The position numbers were made by a program, and so were the translations under genes. The notes beneath the pieces are model-generated. The model was not told where the DNA came from. It ran no database searches and saw only the letters and a program-made list of their open reading frames with translations. A stretch of DNA of 64,000 nt, taken from NCBI GenBank assembly GCA_947494325.1, contig CANLUS010000004.1, forward strand, positions 223,321-287,320. The letters run 5' to 3'. The stretch comes from an uncultured Flavobacteriaceae bacterium. GTDB taxonomy: Bacteria > Bacteroidota > Bacteroidia > Flavobacteriales > Flavobacteriaceae. This document shows positions 18,886 to 31,240 of the stretch, in pieces (position 1 is the first letter of the stretch; every line of letters begins with the position of its first letter).

Positions 18886-19410
18886 ATGGAAGATCAACAA
18901 AAACCAACAAAAAAAATTGCTATTAATTACGGACTATACCTAGGTATTGCGTCAATTCTCATTAGTGTAGTTGTATATGCAATGGGTAAACAACATGAAC
19001 AAGGTATTGTAGTTCCCATCTTAAGTTTTGTCGTAATGGCAACAATTATCGTATTGGGTATAAAAAAATTCAAGGACGTCAATGGTGGTTTTATGACCTT
19101 AGGTCAAGGTATTAAAACTGGTGTGGGTATTGCCTTAATTGGAGGTGTCATTAGTATAGCATATACCATCATTTTCATGACCTTTATTGAACCCGATTCT
19201 CTTGAACAAGGGATGGAAATAGCGCGTCAAAAAATGTTAGACAACCCGAATTTAAGTGAAGAACAAATAGACGCTCAAATGGAAATGGCTAAAAAATTCT
19301 CAGGACCAGGTATGATCGCTGCATTTGGATTGTTATGGACGCTTTTCCTTGGATTCGTTATTTCGTTAATTGGATCGGCTATATTACAGAAAAAGGAAAA
19401 CGAATATTAA
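18886..19410 (+). CDS. DUF4199-like small membrane protein
   Basis: 174 aa; four predicted TM helices; typical of DUF4199 proteins found next to GT2 genes in Bacteroidetes. Confidence 0.7.
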   Translation: MEDQQKPTKKIAINYGLYLGIASILISVVVYAMGKQHEQGIVVPILSFVVMATIIVLGIKKFKDVNGGFMTLGQGIKTGVGIALIGGVISIAYTIIFMTFIEPDSLEQGMEIARQKMLDNPNLSEEQIDAQMEMAKKFSGPGMIAAFGLLWTLFLGFVISLIGSAILQKKENEY

Positions 19411-19425
19411 GATTTATTCAAAAAT

Positions 19426-20376
19426 ATGAACATATCAGTAGTTATCCCACTACTCAATGAGGAAGAATCCTTATTAGAATTACATGATTGGATTGCAAAA
19501 GTTATGCAATCCAATCAATTTTTATATGAAATTATTTTTATCGACGATGGAAGTACTGATAAATCTTGGAATATCATTCAGGAATTATCTCAAAGTAATC
19601 CATCCGTTAAGGGTATCAAATTTCAAAAAAACTACGGTAAATCTCAGGCATTAAATATTGGTTTTAAAAAGGCAGTAGGCGATGTAGTAATAACCATGGA
19701 TGCTGATTTACAAGATAGTCCTGATGAAATACCAGAACTATACAAAATGATTACTGAGGGAAATCTCGACTTAGTTTCTGGTTGGAAAAAGAAACGTTAT
19801 GATTCTAAAATCAGAAAGAACTTACCTTCTAAACTTTTCAACGCAGCTGCTCGTGCAACTTCGGGACTCCGGTTGCATGATTTTAATTGTGGACTCAAAG
19901 CATATAAAAATGAAGTAGTTAAAAGCGTTGATGTTTATGGTGAAATGCATCGCTATATTCCTGTGCTAGCTAAAAATGAAGGGTTTCACAAAATAGATGA
20001 AAAAGTAGTACAGCATCAGGCACGTAAATACGGCGTCACTAAATTTGGTTTAGATCGCTTTGTAAATGGTTTTTTAGACCTCATAAGTATTTGGTTTCTA
20101 TCTAAATTTGGCAAAAGACCCATGCATCTTTTTGGCTTGTTAGGAAGTATCGCATTTTTTATTGGTTTATGCTTTGTAGTATATTTAGGTATTGATAAAT
20201 TATTTTTAAACCCTACCGGTAGACTTATTACAAATAGACCACAATTTTATATTGCTCTTGTCACGATGATTCTAGGAACCCAGTTATTTCTTGCAGGTTT
20301 TTTAGGAGAAATACTTGTAAGAAGCAAGAAGGACGAGAAGCGATATAAAGTAAGTGAGGAAATTAATTTAGAATAA
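19426..20376 (+). CDS. family 2 glycosyltransferase (polyprenyl-phosphate sugar transferase, GtrB/DPM1-like)
   Basis: 316 aa; GT2 motifs (VVIPLLNEEESL, FIDDGSTD, ITMDADLQDSP) with C-terminal TM helices typical of GtrB-like enzymes. Confidence 0.88.
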   Translation: MNISVVIPLLNEEESLLELHDWIAKVMQSNQFLYEIIFIDDGSTDKSWNIIQELSQSNPSVKGIKFQKNYGKSQALNIGFKKAVGDVVITMDADLQDSPDEIPELYKMITEGNLDLVSGWKKKRYDSKIRKNLPSKLFNAAARATSGLRLHDFNCGLKAYKNEVVKSVDVYGEMHRYIPVLAKNEGFHKIDEKVVQHQARKYGVTKFGLDRFVNGFLDLISIWFLSKFGKRPMHLFGLLGSIAFFIGLCFVVYLGIDKLFLNPTGRLITNRPQFYIALVTMILGTQLFLAGFLGEILVRSKKDEKRYKVSEEINLE

Positions 20377-20456
20377 AAGCACCTCTTTTATTCCTTTTTT
20401 CAAGTCGATCCACTTACTAAAATTCGTACCTTTGCTATAGTTTAGAAAAAGAATTT

Positions 20457-22175
20457 ATGGAAGCAAATAAGATTTTAGAAAAAGCCAAAGTTTGGCTTAA
20501 AGCACCTTTCGATACTAGTACTCAAAAAGAGATACAAGAACTTATAACTGCAAATTCTGATGATCTTAATGATAGATTCTACAAGGATATGGAATTTGGA
20601 ACTGGAGGAATGCGAGGAATTATGGGAGCGGGTACCAATAGAATTAATAAGTACACCTTAGGAAGAGCAACTCAAGGACTAGCGAACTATATTAAAAAGT
20701 CTTTTCCAAATAAAGCTTTAAAAATAGCCATTGCCTACGATTGCCGACATAATAGTGCTGCCTTCGCAAAAATTGTCGCAGATATCTTTTCAGCGAACGA
20801 TATCAAAGTATTTCTGTTTGAAGATTTACGACCGACACCAGAACTTTCTTTTGCGGTACGTCATCTTGCTTGTGACGCAGGAATTGTTTTAACTGCATCG
20901 CATAACCCACCTGAATATAATGGTTACAAAGTATATTGGAATGACGGAGGGCAGATTGTACCTCCAGAAGATAAAGAAATTATAAAAGAAGTCAATAGTT
21001 TAAATTTTGATGATATCAACTTCAATGCCAATGAACATCTAATTGAATATATTGGAAAAGAAGTTGATAACGCATTTATTGACGCATCAGTGAAAAATGG
21101 CACCTTTAATACCTCTAACAAAAATGAATTAAAAATTGTTTTTACATCATTGCACGGTACTTCCATTGTATCGATTCCTGATGCCTTAAAGAAAGCCGGA
21201 TTTAAAGATGTGCATATTGTCAAAGAACAAAAGAAACCAGATGGAGATTTTCCAACAGTAAAATCGCCTAACCCTGAAGAACCAGAAGCGTTAAAAATGG
21301 CAACTGATCTTGCTGATAGAATAAATGCCGATATCGTAATAGGTACGGACCCTGATTGTGATAGACTTGGTATTGCAGTTCGCGACCTAGAAGGAAACAT
21401 AAAACTGCTAAATGGTAACCAAACGATGAGCGTGATGACAAATTATCTTATCAAGCAATGGTATCAAGATGGAAAACTTAATGGGAAACAATTTGTTGGC
21501 TCAACGATAGTATCTACTAATTTGGTAAAAGACATTGCCAAAAGTTATAATGTTGAAACGAAAATCGGGCTTACAGGTTTTAAGTGGATCGCGAAAATGG
21601 TTCGCGAATTTGAAGATCAAGAATTTATTGGAGGTGGTGAAGAAAGTTTTGGTTATATGGTTGGAGATTTTGTTCGAGACAAAGATGCCGTTACCGCTAC
21701 GCTCCTCGCTTGTGAAATTGCCATCGACGCAAAGAATAATAGTTCTTCTTTTTATAAAGAGCTACTCAATATTTATGAAAAGCACAGCTTCTATAAGGAG
21801 CATTTAATCTCGTTGGTAAAAAAAGGAGCTGATGGTGCTGCCGCTATCAAACAAATGATGGTCGATTTACGTAAAACTCCGTTACAAGAAATTGATGGAT
21901 CAAAAGTGAAATATCTCTTTGATTATCAAGATTCTGTAAAAAAGTGTTTATTATCAGGGAAAACTGAAAAGATTGATATACCAACTTCTAATGTCCTCAT
22001 ATACGAAACAGAGGATGGTACAAGAGTCGCGGCGCGACCTAGTGGAACAGAACCTAAAATTAAATTTTATTTTAGTGTGAATCTTCCGTTGGATTCAATT
22101 TCGAATGCAATAACTGTAGAGAAATTATTAGACCAGAAGATTGAACGAATTATTAAAGAATTGCAGTTAAATTAA
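20457..22175 (+). CDS. phospho-sugar mutase (phosphoglucomutase/phosphomannomutase family)
   Basis: 572 aa; active-site loop TASHNPPEYNGYK, metal-binding GTDPDCDRLG, sugar-binding GGEESFGY. Confidence 0.9.
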   Translation: MEANKILEKAKVWLKAPFDTSTQKEIQELITANSDDLNDRFYKDMEFGTGGMRGIMGAGTNRINKYTLGRATQGLANYIKKSFPNKALKIAIAYDCRHNSAAFAKIVADIFSANDIKVFLFEDLRPTPELSFAVRHLACDAGIVLTASHNPPEYNGYKVYWNDGGQIVPPEDKEIIKEVNSLNFDDINFNANEHLIEYIGKEVDNAFIDASVKNGTFNTSNKNELKIVFTSLHGTSIVSIPDALKKAGFKDVHIVKEQKKPDGDFPTVKSPNPEEPEALKMATDLADRINADIVIGTDPDCDRLGIAVRDLEGNIKLLNGNQTMSVMTNYLIKQWYQDGKLNGKQFVGSTIVSTNLVKDIAKSYNVETKIGLTGFKWIAKMVREFEDQEFIGGGEESFGYMVGDFVRDKDAVTATLLACEIAIDAKNNSSSFYKELLNIYEKHSFYKEHLISLVKKGADGAAAIKQMMVDLRKTPLQEIDGSKVKYLFDYQDSVKKCLLSGKTEKIDIPTSNVLIYETEDGTRVAARPSGTEPKIKFYFSVNLPLDSISNAITVEKLLDQKIERIIKELQLN

Positions 22176-24010
22176 TGAGTCATTTCACCAATATTCTTAG
22201 ATATGCAAAACCCTATAAAAAATTTGCAATAGGGCATATTATATCTAACGTATTTTTCGCCTTATTCGGTACCTTATCATTCGTTGCGCTAAAACCAATG
22301 CTCGATGTAATCTTTAAAAAGGACAAAAAAGTACCTGATTCAGAGCCTCATCTTACAAGCCTCATGGAAATTGGAGAATTTGCTGAAAAGTATTCTACAT
22401 ATCATATGAATCAAATTACAGGAGGTGATGACTCGAAAGCTCTGATATTTGTTGTTTGTTTAATTATCGTTATGTTTTTATTAAAAAATATTTTTGGCTA
22501 TTTGGCAAACTATTTTTTAGTTTTTTTAAGAAACGGGGTAATCAGAGATTTAAGAAATACGGTCTATAAAAAGACAATGGACTTACCTCTTTCTTTCTTT
22601 TCAGAAAAACGTAAAGGTGATATTTTAGCTAGAGTAACAGGTGATGTTTCAGATTTACAGTATTCTTTTCTATCTGTATTAGAACTCATTATAAGAGAGC
22701 CTTTAACAATCATTTTTACGATAATAGCGATGCTTGTCATAAGCGCTAAACTTACCTTATTCATCTTCCTTTTTATTCCAATAATGGGTTTCATTATTTC
22801 AATGATTGGTAAAAGTTTAAAAAGAAAGTCAGACAAAGTTCAAAAGGAACAAGGAACGTTTTTATCAAATTTAGAAGAAACACTCACAGGTTTACGAATC
22901 ATTAAAGGATTTAATGCTGAAGAAAAATTTAATAAAAAGTTTCAAGCATCAACGACTCGTTATTATAACTTCTCAAATAAATTATTAAATCGTCAAAATC
23001 TTGCCTCTCCAGCGAGTGAGTTTTTAGGTATTTGCATGATTGCTGTTATTCTTTGGTATGGAGGTAATCTAGTACTGAGTGGAGATGCCGATGCTTCTTT
23101 GAACGGCAGTACTTTTCTTGTGTACATGGGACTATCTTATAATATTTTGACACCTGCCAAAGCAATTTCTAGAGGTCTTTATAACATCAAAAAAGGCGGA
23201 GCAGCTGCAGAAAGAATACAAGAAATAATAGATACCAAAAACCCATTGACAGATAAGGAAAATGCAAGTGTTATAGATGGATTTAACTCCGAAATTGTTT
23301 TTGATAATATTTCCTTTAAATACGATAAAGAATATGTTTTAGAGAATTTCACACTGAAAATTCCAAAAGGAAAAAGTGTAGCATTAGTAGGACAATCTGG
23401 AAGTGGCAAGTCAACTTTGGCAAATCTTATTACCCGTTTTTATGATGTAGATAAGGGAGCCATAAAGATAGATACTACCGATATTCGAGATGTTACTAAA
23501 AAATCACTCCGAAATCAACTCGGTATCGTGACTCAAGATGCTATTTTATTCAATGATTCTATTAAGAATAATTTGTTATTAGGTGTTGAAAATGCAACTG
23601 ATGATGAAATAATTGAAGCCCTGAAAGTTGCCAATGCCTGGGAATTCGTAAAAGACTTGAAAGGCACAATTAATTTTAACATTGGTGATGCTGGAACGAA
23701 ACTTTCGGGAGGACAAAAACAACGCTTGAGTATTGCACGAGCAGTTTTAAAGAATCCTCCGATTATGATTTTAGACGAGGCAACCTCAGCGTTAGATACC
23801 GAATCAGAAAGTATTGTGCAACAGGCTTTAGAAAATATGATGAAGAATAGAACTTCAATTGTTATCGCCCATCGTCTTTCTACTATTCAAAAAGCAGATG
23901 TGATTGTTGTAATGCAAAAAGGAACTATTATTGAGCAAGGTAAACATGATGAACTTCTGGCGAAAAATGGGGTTTATAAAAAACTGGTTACAATGCAATC
24001 TCTTTCTTAA
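22175..24010 (+). CDS. ABC transporter ATP-binding/permease (MsbA-like exporter)
   Basis: 611 aa; N-terminal 6-TM domain, Walker A GQSGSGKST, signature LSGGQKQRLSIAR, Walker B ILDEATSALD. Start overlaps the upstream stop (ATGA). Confidence 0.93.
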   Translation: MSHFTNILRYAKPYKKFAIGHIISNVFFALFGTLSFVALKPMLDVIFKKDKKVPDSEPHLTSLMEIGEFAEKYSTYHMNQITGGDDSKALIFVVCLIIVMFLLKNIFGYLANYFLVFLRNGVIRDLRNTVYKKTMDLPLSFFSEKRKGDILARVTGDVSDLQYSFLSVLELIIREPLTIIFTIIAMLVISAKLTLFIFLFIPIMGFIISMIGKSLKRKSDKVQKEQGTFLSNLEETLTGLRIIKGFNAEEKFNKKFQASTTRYYNFSNKLLNRQNLASPASEFLGICMIAVILWYGGNLVLSGDADASLNGSTFLVYMGLSYNILTPAKAISRGLYNIKKGGAAAERIQEIIDTKNPLTDKENASVIDGFNSEIVFDNISFKYDKEYVLENFTLKIPKGKSVALVGQSGSGKSTLANLITRFYDVDKGAIKIDTTDIRDVTKKSLRNQLGIVTQDAILFNDSIKNNLLLGVENATDDEIIEALKVANAWEFVKDLKGTINFNIGDAGTKLSGGQKQRLSIARAVLKNPPIMILDEATSALDTESESIVQQALENMMKNRTSIVIAHRLSTIQKADVIVVMQKGTIIEQGKHDELLAKNGVYKKLVTMQSLS

Positions 24011-24016
24011 GTTAGT

Positions 24017-24649
24017 ATGATGAACATAATTCAAAGTTTGGAATGGCGTTACGCCTGCAAAAAATTCGACAACTCGAAATTTTTATCTGACAAACAGTTA
24101 CACACGATAACAAATGCTTTTAATCTAACAGCGACTTCTTTCGGATTACAACCGATCAAGCTATTGGTCATAAAAAATAAAGAACTGCAAGAAAGTTTAA
24201 TTGAGTATTCATTCGGACAACAACAGGTTGCCAATGCTTCGCACCTATTGGTTATTTGTATACAAGATTATTTTACCTTAGACGATATAGACGCGTATTT
24301 CGATCTAGAAAAAGAAATAAGAAAAACATCAGAGAAGATTTTAAAAAAATACCGCGATCAGCTTAAAGGTATTTTTGAGAACAAATCCACAATCGACAAA
24401 CAAAAATCAGCAATTAATCAAGCATATATTGCTTTAGGGAATTTAATGACTGTTTGCGCCATGGAAGGTATTGATGCGTGTCCGATGGAAGGTTTCAATG
24501 CCCAAAAATACGATGAACTCTTAGAATTAAGAGCGAAAAATTTAAAATCGGTATTACTACTACCTATCGGTTATCGTGCCGAAGATGACTTTATGAGTAC
24601 ACTAAAAAAAGTTAGAAAACCGATATCAGAAACTATTATCAATCTATAA
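24017..24649 (+). CDS. NAD(P)H nitroreductase family protein
   Basis: 210 aa; N-terminal SLEWRYACKKFD (RxACKxF motif) and a nitroreductase-fold pattern. Confidence 0.8.
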   Translation: MMNIIQSLEWRYACKKFDNSKFLSDKQLHTITNAFNLTATSFGLQPIKLLVIKNKELQESLIEYSFGQQQVANASHLLVICIQDYFTLDDIDAYFDLEKEIRKTSEKILKKYRDQLKGIFENKSTIDKQKSAINQAYIALGNLMTVCAMEGIDACPMEGFNAQKYDELLELRAKNLKSVLLLPIGYRAEDDFMSTLKKVRKPISETIINL

Positions 24650-24650
24650 C

Positions 24651-26105
24651 ATGAATTCAGAAATAAGAAATTTAGAACCTTCTGCAATATGGAACAATTT
24701 TGCAGATCTAAATGCTGTACCTAGAGCTTCGAAAAAGGAAGAACAAGTCATTGCCTTTATGGTCGAATTTGGTCATAAGTTAAATTTAGAGACTATCGTT
24801 GATAACGTAGGTAATGTTATTATCAAAAAGCCTGCAACCGAAGGTATGGAGAATAGAAAGGTTGTTGTGATGCAGTCTCATTTGGATATGGTTCATCAGA
24901 AAAATAATGACACTAATTTCGATTTTGATACTGAAGGGATTCAAATGATTATCGACAATGATTGGGTAAAAGCTAAAGGCACAACGCTTGGTGCTGACAA
25001 TGGTTTAGGTGTGGCCACCATTATGAGTGTTTTAGAATCTAAGACCATAGTACACCCTGACATTGAAGCCCTTTTTACGATTGATGAAGAAACTGGTATG
25101 ACTGGCGCAATGGGTTTAGAGGCGGGATATCTGAACGGAGAAATTCTTCTAAATTTAGATACTGAAGATGATGATGAGATTGGTGTAGGTTGTGCAGGTG
25201 GTATTGATGTTACTGCCACTAAAAATTATGAAGAAATTGATACTCCAGAAAATGTATCAGCCTATAAAATAACTGTAAAAGGATTACAAGGAGGGCATTC
25301 TGGAATGGACATTCATAAAGGATTTGGAAATGCGAACAAGCTATTGAATCGTATCTTATATGACATGAACGATATGCTTACCATCTCTGAAATTAATGGT
25401 GGAGGCTTGAGAAATGCTATTCCAAGAGAGAGTAATGCAATTGTTGTTACCAATCATTTAAAAGAATTTGAAGATAAATTCTATAGCATTGCCAAAATCA
25501 TTATCGATGAGTACACAACCGTAGAAGAAGATCTCGAAATTATTCTAGAAGAATGCTTACTTCCACAAAAGGTTCTTTCTAAACAGGATCAACAAATGCT
25601 TTTGCGAGCCATTTATGTAACACATAATGGTGTTTTTAGAATGAGCCCGGATATTGAAAATTTGGTAGAAACATCCAACAATTTGGCGAGAGTCCTTGTA
25701 AAAGACGGTGAAATACAACTTTTATGTCTAACAAGAAGCTCAATTGAATCGGGAAAGGAAAATTTGGCGAACACTATACGGTCTGGATTCGAACTCGCTG
25801 GTTTTGATGTCGCTTTATCAGGAACATATCCTGGATGGAAACCCAACCCAAATTCTCCGATTCTCAAAGTATTGAAAAAGGTATATGAAGATCTTTTCAA
25901 TGAAGTTCCAAACGTTTTGGCTTGTCATGCTGGACTCGAATGTGGTATACTCGGAACCAACTATCCCGCTATGGATATGATCTCATTTGGTCCAACCATA
26001 AAGGGCGCGCATTCTCCTGATGAAAGAGCGAGTATAAGTTCTACTCAAAAATATTGGAAATACGTTCTAGAAATTCTTAAAAATATTCCGCTAAAAAACG
26101 AATAA
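24651..26105 (+). CDS. pepD: aminoacyl-histidine dipeptidase (M20C, PepD-like)
   Basis: 484 aa; M20 motifs (HLDMV, GADNGLGVA, DEETGMTGA) and a C-terminal HAGLECGIL block characteristic of PepD. Confidence 0.88.
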   Translation: MNSEIRNLEPSAIWNNFADLNAVPRASKKEEQVIAFMVEFGHKLNLETIVDNVGNVIIKKPATEGMENRKVVVMQSHLDMVHQKNNDTNFDFDTEGIQMIIDNDWVKAKGTTLGADNGLGVATIMSVLESKTIVHPDIEALFTIDEETGMTGAMGLEAGYLNGEILLNLDTEDDDEIGVGCAGGIDVTATKNYEEIDTPENVSAYKITVKGLQGGHSGMDIHKGFGNANKLLNRILYDMNDMLTISEINGGGLRNAIPRESNAIVVTNHLKEFEDKFYSIAKIIIDEYTTVEEDLEIILEECLLPQKVLSKQDQQMLLRAIYVTHNGVFRMSPDIENLVETSNNLARVLVKDGEIQLLCLTRSSIESGKENLANTIRSGFELAGFDVALSGTYPGWKPNPNSPILKVLKKVYEDLFNEVPNVLACHAGLECGILGTNYPAMDMISFGPTIKGAHSPDERASISSTQKYWKYVLEILKNIPLKNE

Positions 26106-26149
26106 AAGTAATATTCTAACGTTACCATAGTAAACACTAAAATATCAAA

Positions 26150-26686
26150 ATGAAATCAATAAAATTTTTATCAGCACTCTGCTTTGTTTTTTTTATGACT
26201 GCGTGTACAAATGATGATGAATCACCAATAGACACAGGAGCTTCAGCCAACGATCTTGTGGGTGTTTGGAACCTCACTGAAGAATCACAAGATGGAATCG
26301 GTAAAGTTACAATAGAAGGTATTACCCTTAACGGAACAATTACTTCGACAAGTAAAAATATAGATGCCAGCTTAACGATTACCGAGAATCCTAATACAAT
26401 CACTGCTACTGGAGGTTATACAGAGGTTATAACAGCATCTTTTGCAACTTTAAATAGAACCGAAGAGATACGTGTTGATTTAGATAATGAACTAAATCAA
26501 GGAGCCTGGTCCTTAAATAGTGGTGTACTAACGCTTTTAGGAGGTAGTGAAACTCTTGATGTTAATATCATCGAGCTTTCTTCTACAACTCTTAAAATTG
26601 AAATTCCAATTCAGCGTGATGTTATTTTAGAAGGAAATGAAGTTGCCATTGATACTACAATTAAAATGACCTTTTCTAAACAATAA
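26150..26686 (+). CDS. lipocalin-like lipoprotein, hypothetical
   Basis: 178 aa; lipobox FFMTACTND; beta-rich sequence (GVWNLTEESQDG) typical of lipocalin-like domains. Confidence 0.65.
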   Translation: MKSIKFLSALCFVFFMTACTNDDESPIDTGASANDLVGVWNLTEESQDGIGKVTIEGITLNGTITSTSKNIDASLTITENPNTITATGGYTEVITASFATLNRTEEIRVDLDNELNQGAWSLNSGVLTLLGGSETLDVNIIELSSTTLKIEIPIQRDVILEGNEVAIDTTIKMTFSKQ

Positions 26687-26712
26687 GGGCTAATCGCAAT
26701 TTTAATAATAGT

Positions 26713-26736
26713 AAAGGGGATTTTCCCCTTTTTTAT
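26713..26736 (+). terminator. rho-independent terminator
   Basis: AAAGGGGA-TTT-TCCCCTTT hairpin followed by a T-run. Confidence 0.65.
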
Positions 26737-26758
26737 TTGCCAATACCAATAGAGTTTG

Positions 26759-26766
26759 TACTTTTG
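26759..26766 (+). promoter_or_regulatory. Bacteroidetes sigma-A -7 box (TAnnTTTG) upstream of pyrG
   Basis: TACTTTTG, 18 nt upstream of the pyrG ATG. Motif recognition only. Confidence 0.35.
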
Positions 26767-26780
26767 GCAAAACCAAATAG

Positions 26781-28416
<1,636 letters not shown>

Positions 28417-28460
28417 AGTTTTAGGACTCATACGGTATATTTGTATTTAAAATTTGAATT

Positions 28461-28919
28461 ATGCAAAGATTATTCATCATGATTTTAGTACTAAGCATCA
28501 CAACTGTAGGATTCACACAGGAGAAGTCCACTAGTAATTTTGATGCTACCTTAGCCAAAGAAATGGGTGCCGATGCGTACGGCATGCGTAAATATGTGAT
28601 GGCCTTTTTAAAAAAGGGGCCCAACAGAACTCAAGATAAAGAAAAGGCTGCAGCACTTCAGGCAGCGCATATGCAAAATATTGGAAGGCTCGCTGAAGCC
28701 GGTAAACTGGCTATTGCTGGACCATTTCTTGATGATGGTGAACTACGAGGAATTTATATTTTCAATGTTGAGACAATAGCAGAAGCCAAAAAATTGACAC
28801 AATCAGATCCCGCGATAAAAGCAGGTAGTTTAGTGATGGAATTGCATCCTTGGTATGGTTCAGCCGCTTTAGGTTTGGTGAATAAATACCATGATAAAAT
28901 TTCGAAAGTGAAAATGTAA
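28461..28919 (+). CDS. YciI-like domain protein with N-terminal signal peptide
   Basis: 152 aa; signal-like MQRLFIMILVLSITTVGFTQ. Core resembles YciI (AAHMQNIGRLAEAGKLAIAGPFLDDGELRGIYIFNVETIAEAKKLTQSDPAIKAG...ELHPW). Confidence 0.65.
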   Translation: MQRLFIMILVLSITTVGFTQEKSTSNFDATLAKEMGADAYGMRKYVMAFLKKGPNRTQDKEKAAALQAAHMQNIGRLAEAGKLAIAGPFLDDGELRGIYIFNVETIAEAKKLTQSDPAIKAGSLVMELHPWYGSAALGLVNKYHDKISKVKM

Positions 28920-30017
28920 TTATTTTACGATTTCCTTCGCCTTTAATTTAGCTTCCTCGTTTCGATCAATTCGGTGTTCTGGACGCGTCCATTTTGGTTT
29001 TTCACCTAACGATTCATACTGAGAATCGGCTGCTTCGATCGTCTCAGGTTGCATTTTTTTAATGAATGGCTTTTGAGGATTTAGTCCTAATAATTTAAAC
29101 ATTTCCATATCTGCGTTTACATCAGGATTTGGAGTTGTCAATAACTTATCACCAGCAAAAATAGAATTTGCTCCTGCAAAGAAACACATGGCCTGCCCTT
29201 CTCTACTCATTTCAGTTCTACCAGCGCTTAAACGCACTTGCGTCTCTGGCATTACAATACGGGTCGTTGCTACCATTCGAATCATCTCCCAAATAGAAAC
29301 AGGCTGTTGATCCTCTAAAGGTGTACCTTCTACAGCAACTAAGGCGTTAATAGGTACTGATTCCGGCTGCGGGTTCAAAGTAGATAAGGCAACCAACATT
29401 CCTGCTCGGTCTTCTGACTTTTCTCCCATACCAATAATACCACCACTACATACCGTAACATTCGTTTTTCTAACATTATCAATAGTATCCAATCTATCTT
29501 GATATCCTCTAGTTGAAATAACTTCTTTATAATATTCTTCAGATGAATCTAAATTATGATTATAGGCATATAATCCTGCCTCTGCCAAACGATGTGCTTG
29601 ATTTTCGGTAATCATACCCAAGGTGCAACATACTTCCATATCTAATTTATTGATCGTACGTACCATTTCTAAGACCTCATCAAATTCTGGCCCATCTTTT
29701 ACGTTCCTCCAAGCGGCTCCCATACATACGCGTGAACTACCTGATGCCTTCGCTCGTAACGCTTGCGCTTTTACCTGACGTACGCTCATTAAATCATTAC
29801 CTTCAACATCCGTATGATATCTTGCTGCTTGCGGGCAGTAACCACAATCTTCAGGGCATCCCCCAGTTTTAATTGACAATAGTGTACTGACTTGCACTGT
29901 ATTAGGATCGTGGTGCTCACGATGTATTGTTGCCGCATCATATAAAAGTTCCATCAACGGCTTGTTATATAAATCAAGTATTTCTTCTTTTGTCCAATTG
30001 TGTCTGGTTAAGCTCAT
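28920..30017 (-). CDS. bioB: biotin synthase
   Basis: 365 aa; radical-SAM CxxxCxxC (GGCPEDCGYCPQA) and BioB-specific YNHNLDSS. Long C-terminal basic tail. Confidence 0.95.
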   Translation of the reverse strand: MSLTRHNWTKEEILDLYNKPLMELLYDAATIHREHHDPNTVQVSTLLSIKTGGCPEDCGYCPQAARYHTDVEGNDLMSVRQVKAQALRAKASGSSRVCMGAAWRNVKDGPEFDEVLEMVRTINKLDMEVCCTLGMITENQAHRLAEAGLYAYNHNLDSSEEYYKEVISTRGYQDRLDTIDNVRKTNVTVCSGGIIGMGEKSEDRAGMLVALSTLNPQPESVPINALVAVEGTPLEDQQPVSIWEMIRMVATTRIVMPETQVRLSAGRTEMSREGQAMCFFAGANSIFAGDKLLTTPNPDVNADMEMFKLLGLNPQKPFIKKMQPETIEAADSQYESLGEKPKWTRPEHRIDRNEEAKLKAKEIVK

Positions 30018-30083
30018 ATAATCATCTCATTTAAAAATCAAAAATAGTAAAAAGGTTTTGTGTTCTAAACTAAATTTGTCTGT

Positions 30084-31190
30084 TTATTTTAACACAAGTT
30101 GCCTTCCTAATTCGGCTAAAAAAGGAATTCCTATTTCGTCATACTCGTAGGTATCATCATTGTAAATGCCATTTTTATTCACATGAATAGTTGCTGTAAT
30201 GATATATTCCTTGTTTGTTTTTTTATTGATAATATACGCGCAATCGGTCAAATATCCATAGGCATAACCTACTTTGTTTCTAATTTCGATATAATCGGGT
30301 ATACTTTCTTTCGTATCACCATATATTAAAAACTTCACATATCCATCATAATAATCATCTGTTGTATACCCCGCTTCGCTAGGCAATAAGGACATGCTCT
30401 TTAATATAAACGATCGATCTTCTTTTGACAATTGAAATTGTTTATTTTTAGGATACAAGTCACCGAATATTAACTGCTTCATTAAATTATGCAACGATGT
30501 GATAGGAAGGTAATTCTTTCGAGAGAAATCTTTTGATTCAGAAATTAACTGATCGCCTTCCATATAACCAATACCCTTGGATATATCGTTTAATTTTAAA
30601 CTTTCTATGGGGCTATTAATAATTTCTGTACTAGTTGTGGTTGTGCTATCATTTACGTAAAACACCAAAGGTTTCGTAGTTAATTCGTCAGAATTTTCAG
30701 TTGAAAGTCGATGCGAAATTCTTGAGGTTATACCTTTAATATTTAGTCGATTATTTATGTCATCTTGACCTAAATATTCAAACAATTTATTATATGCCTC
30801 ATTATCACTTACTGCGAATAATTTTTCAACTTCCTTAGCAAATGTGCTTTCGATACTATCACCTTCAATATAAAATTTTGAATTTCTATTGACAATCTCC
30901 TGTTCGTTCATTTTCTCTAACGCTAGGAGTGCTATTGGAAGTTTTACCGAACTTGCCGGATAAAAATAAGTGCTATCATCTACTTGAAAACTATAATCTT
31001 TAAAGCTAACTGAATTATCTATGTCATGATGAATTTCTGTAAATAAAATTTGAACCTCATATTTTTCTACACTATCCATCACCGTTTTAATCTTCTCATT
31101 ATTTGAAGATAGCACAACTTCTAAGGGCGTTTTTTCGATGGGGTTACAACTAACAATCAATGTTAAAAGTAATAAGACAAATGCTCTCAT
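30084..31190 (-). CDS. class A beta-lactamase-related serine hydrolase (lipoprotein)
   Basis: 368 aa; lipobox LIVSCN; SxxK (YPASSVKLP), SDN (AVSDNEAYN) and a K-x-G-like element (NKVGYAYG). Longer than typical class A enzymes. Confidence 0.75.
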   Translation of the reverse strand: MRAFVLLLLTLIVSCNPIEKTPLEVVLSSNNEKIKTVMDSVEKYEVQILFTEIHHDIDNSVSFKDYSFQVDDSTYFYPASSVKLPIALLALEKMNEQEIVNRNSKFYIEGDSIESTFAKEVEKLFAVSDNEAYNKLFEYLGQDDINNRLNIKGITSRISHRLSTENSDELTTKPLVFYVNDSTTTTSTEIINSPIESLKLNDISKGIGYMEGDQLISESKDFSRKNYLPITSLHNLMKQLIFGDLYPKNKQFQLSKEDRSFILKSMSLLPSEAGYTTDDYYDGYVKFLIYGDTKESIPDYIEIRNKVGYAYGYLTDCAYIINKKTNKEYIITATIHVNKNGIYNDDTYEYDEIGIPFLAELGRQLVLK

Positions 31191-31240
31191 TTCATATATT
31201 TTTCCTTAAAGATATGGATTATTCGTTTCACAAAAAATCA

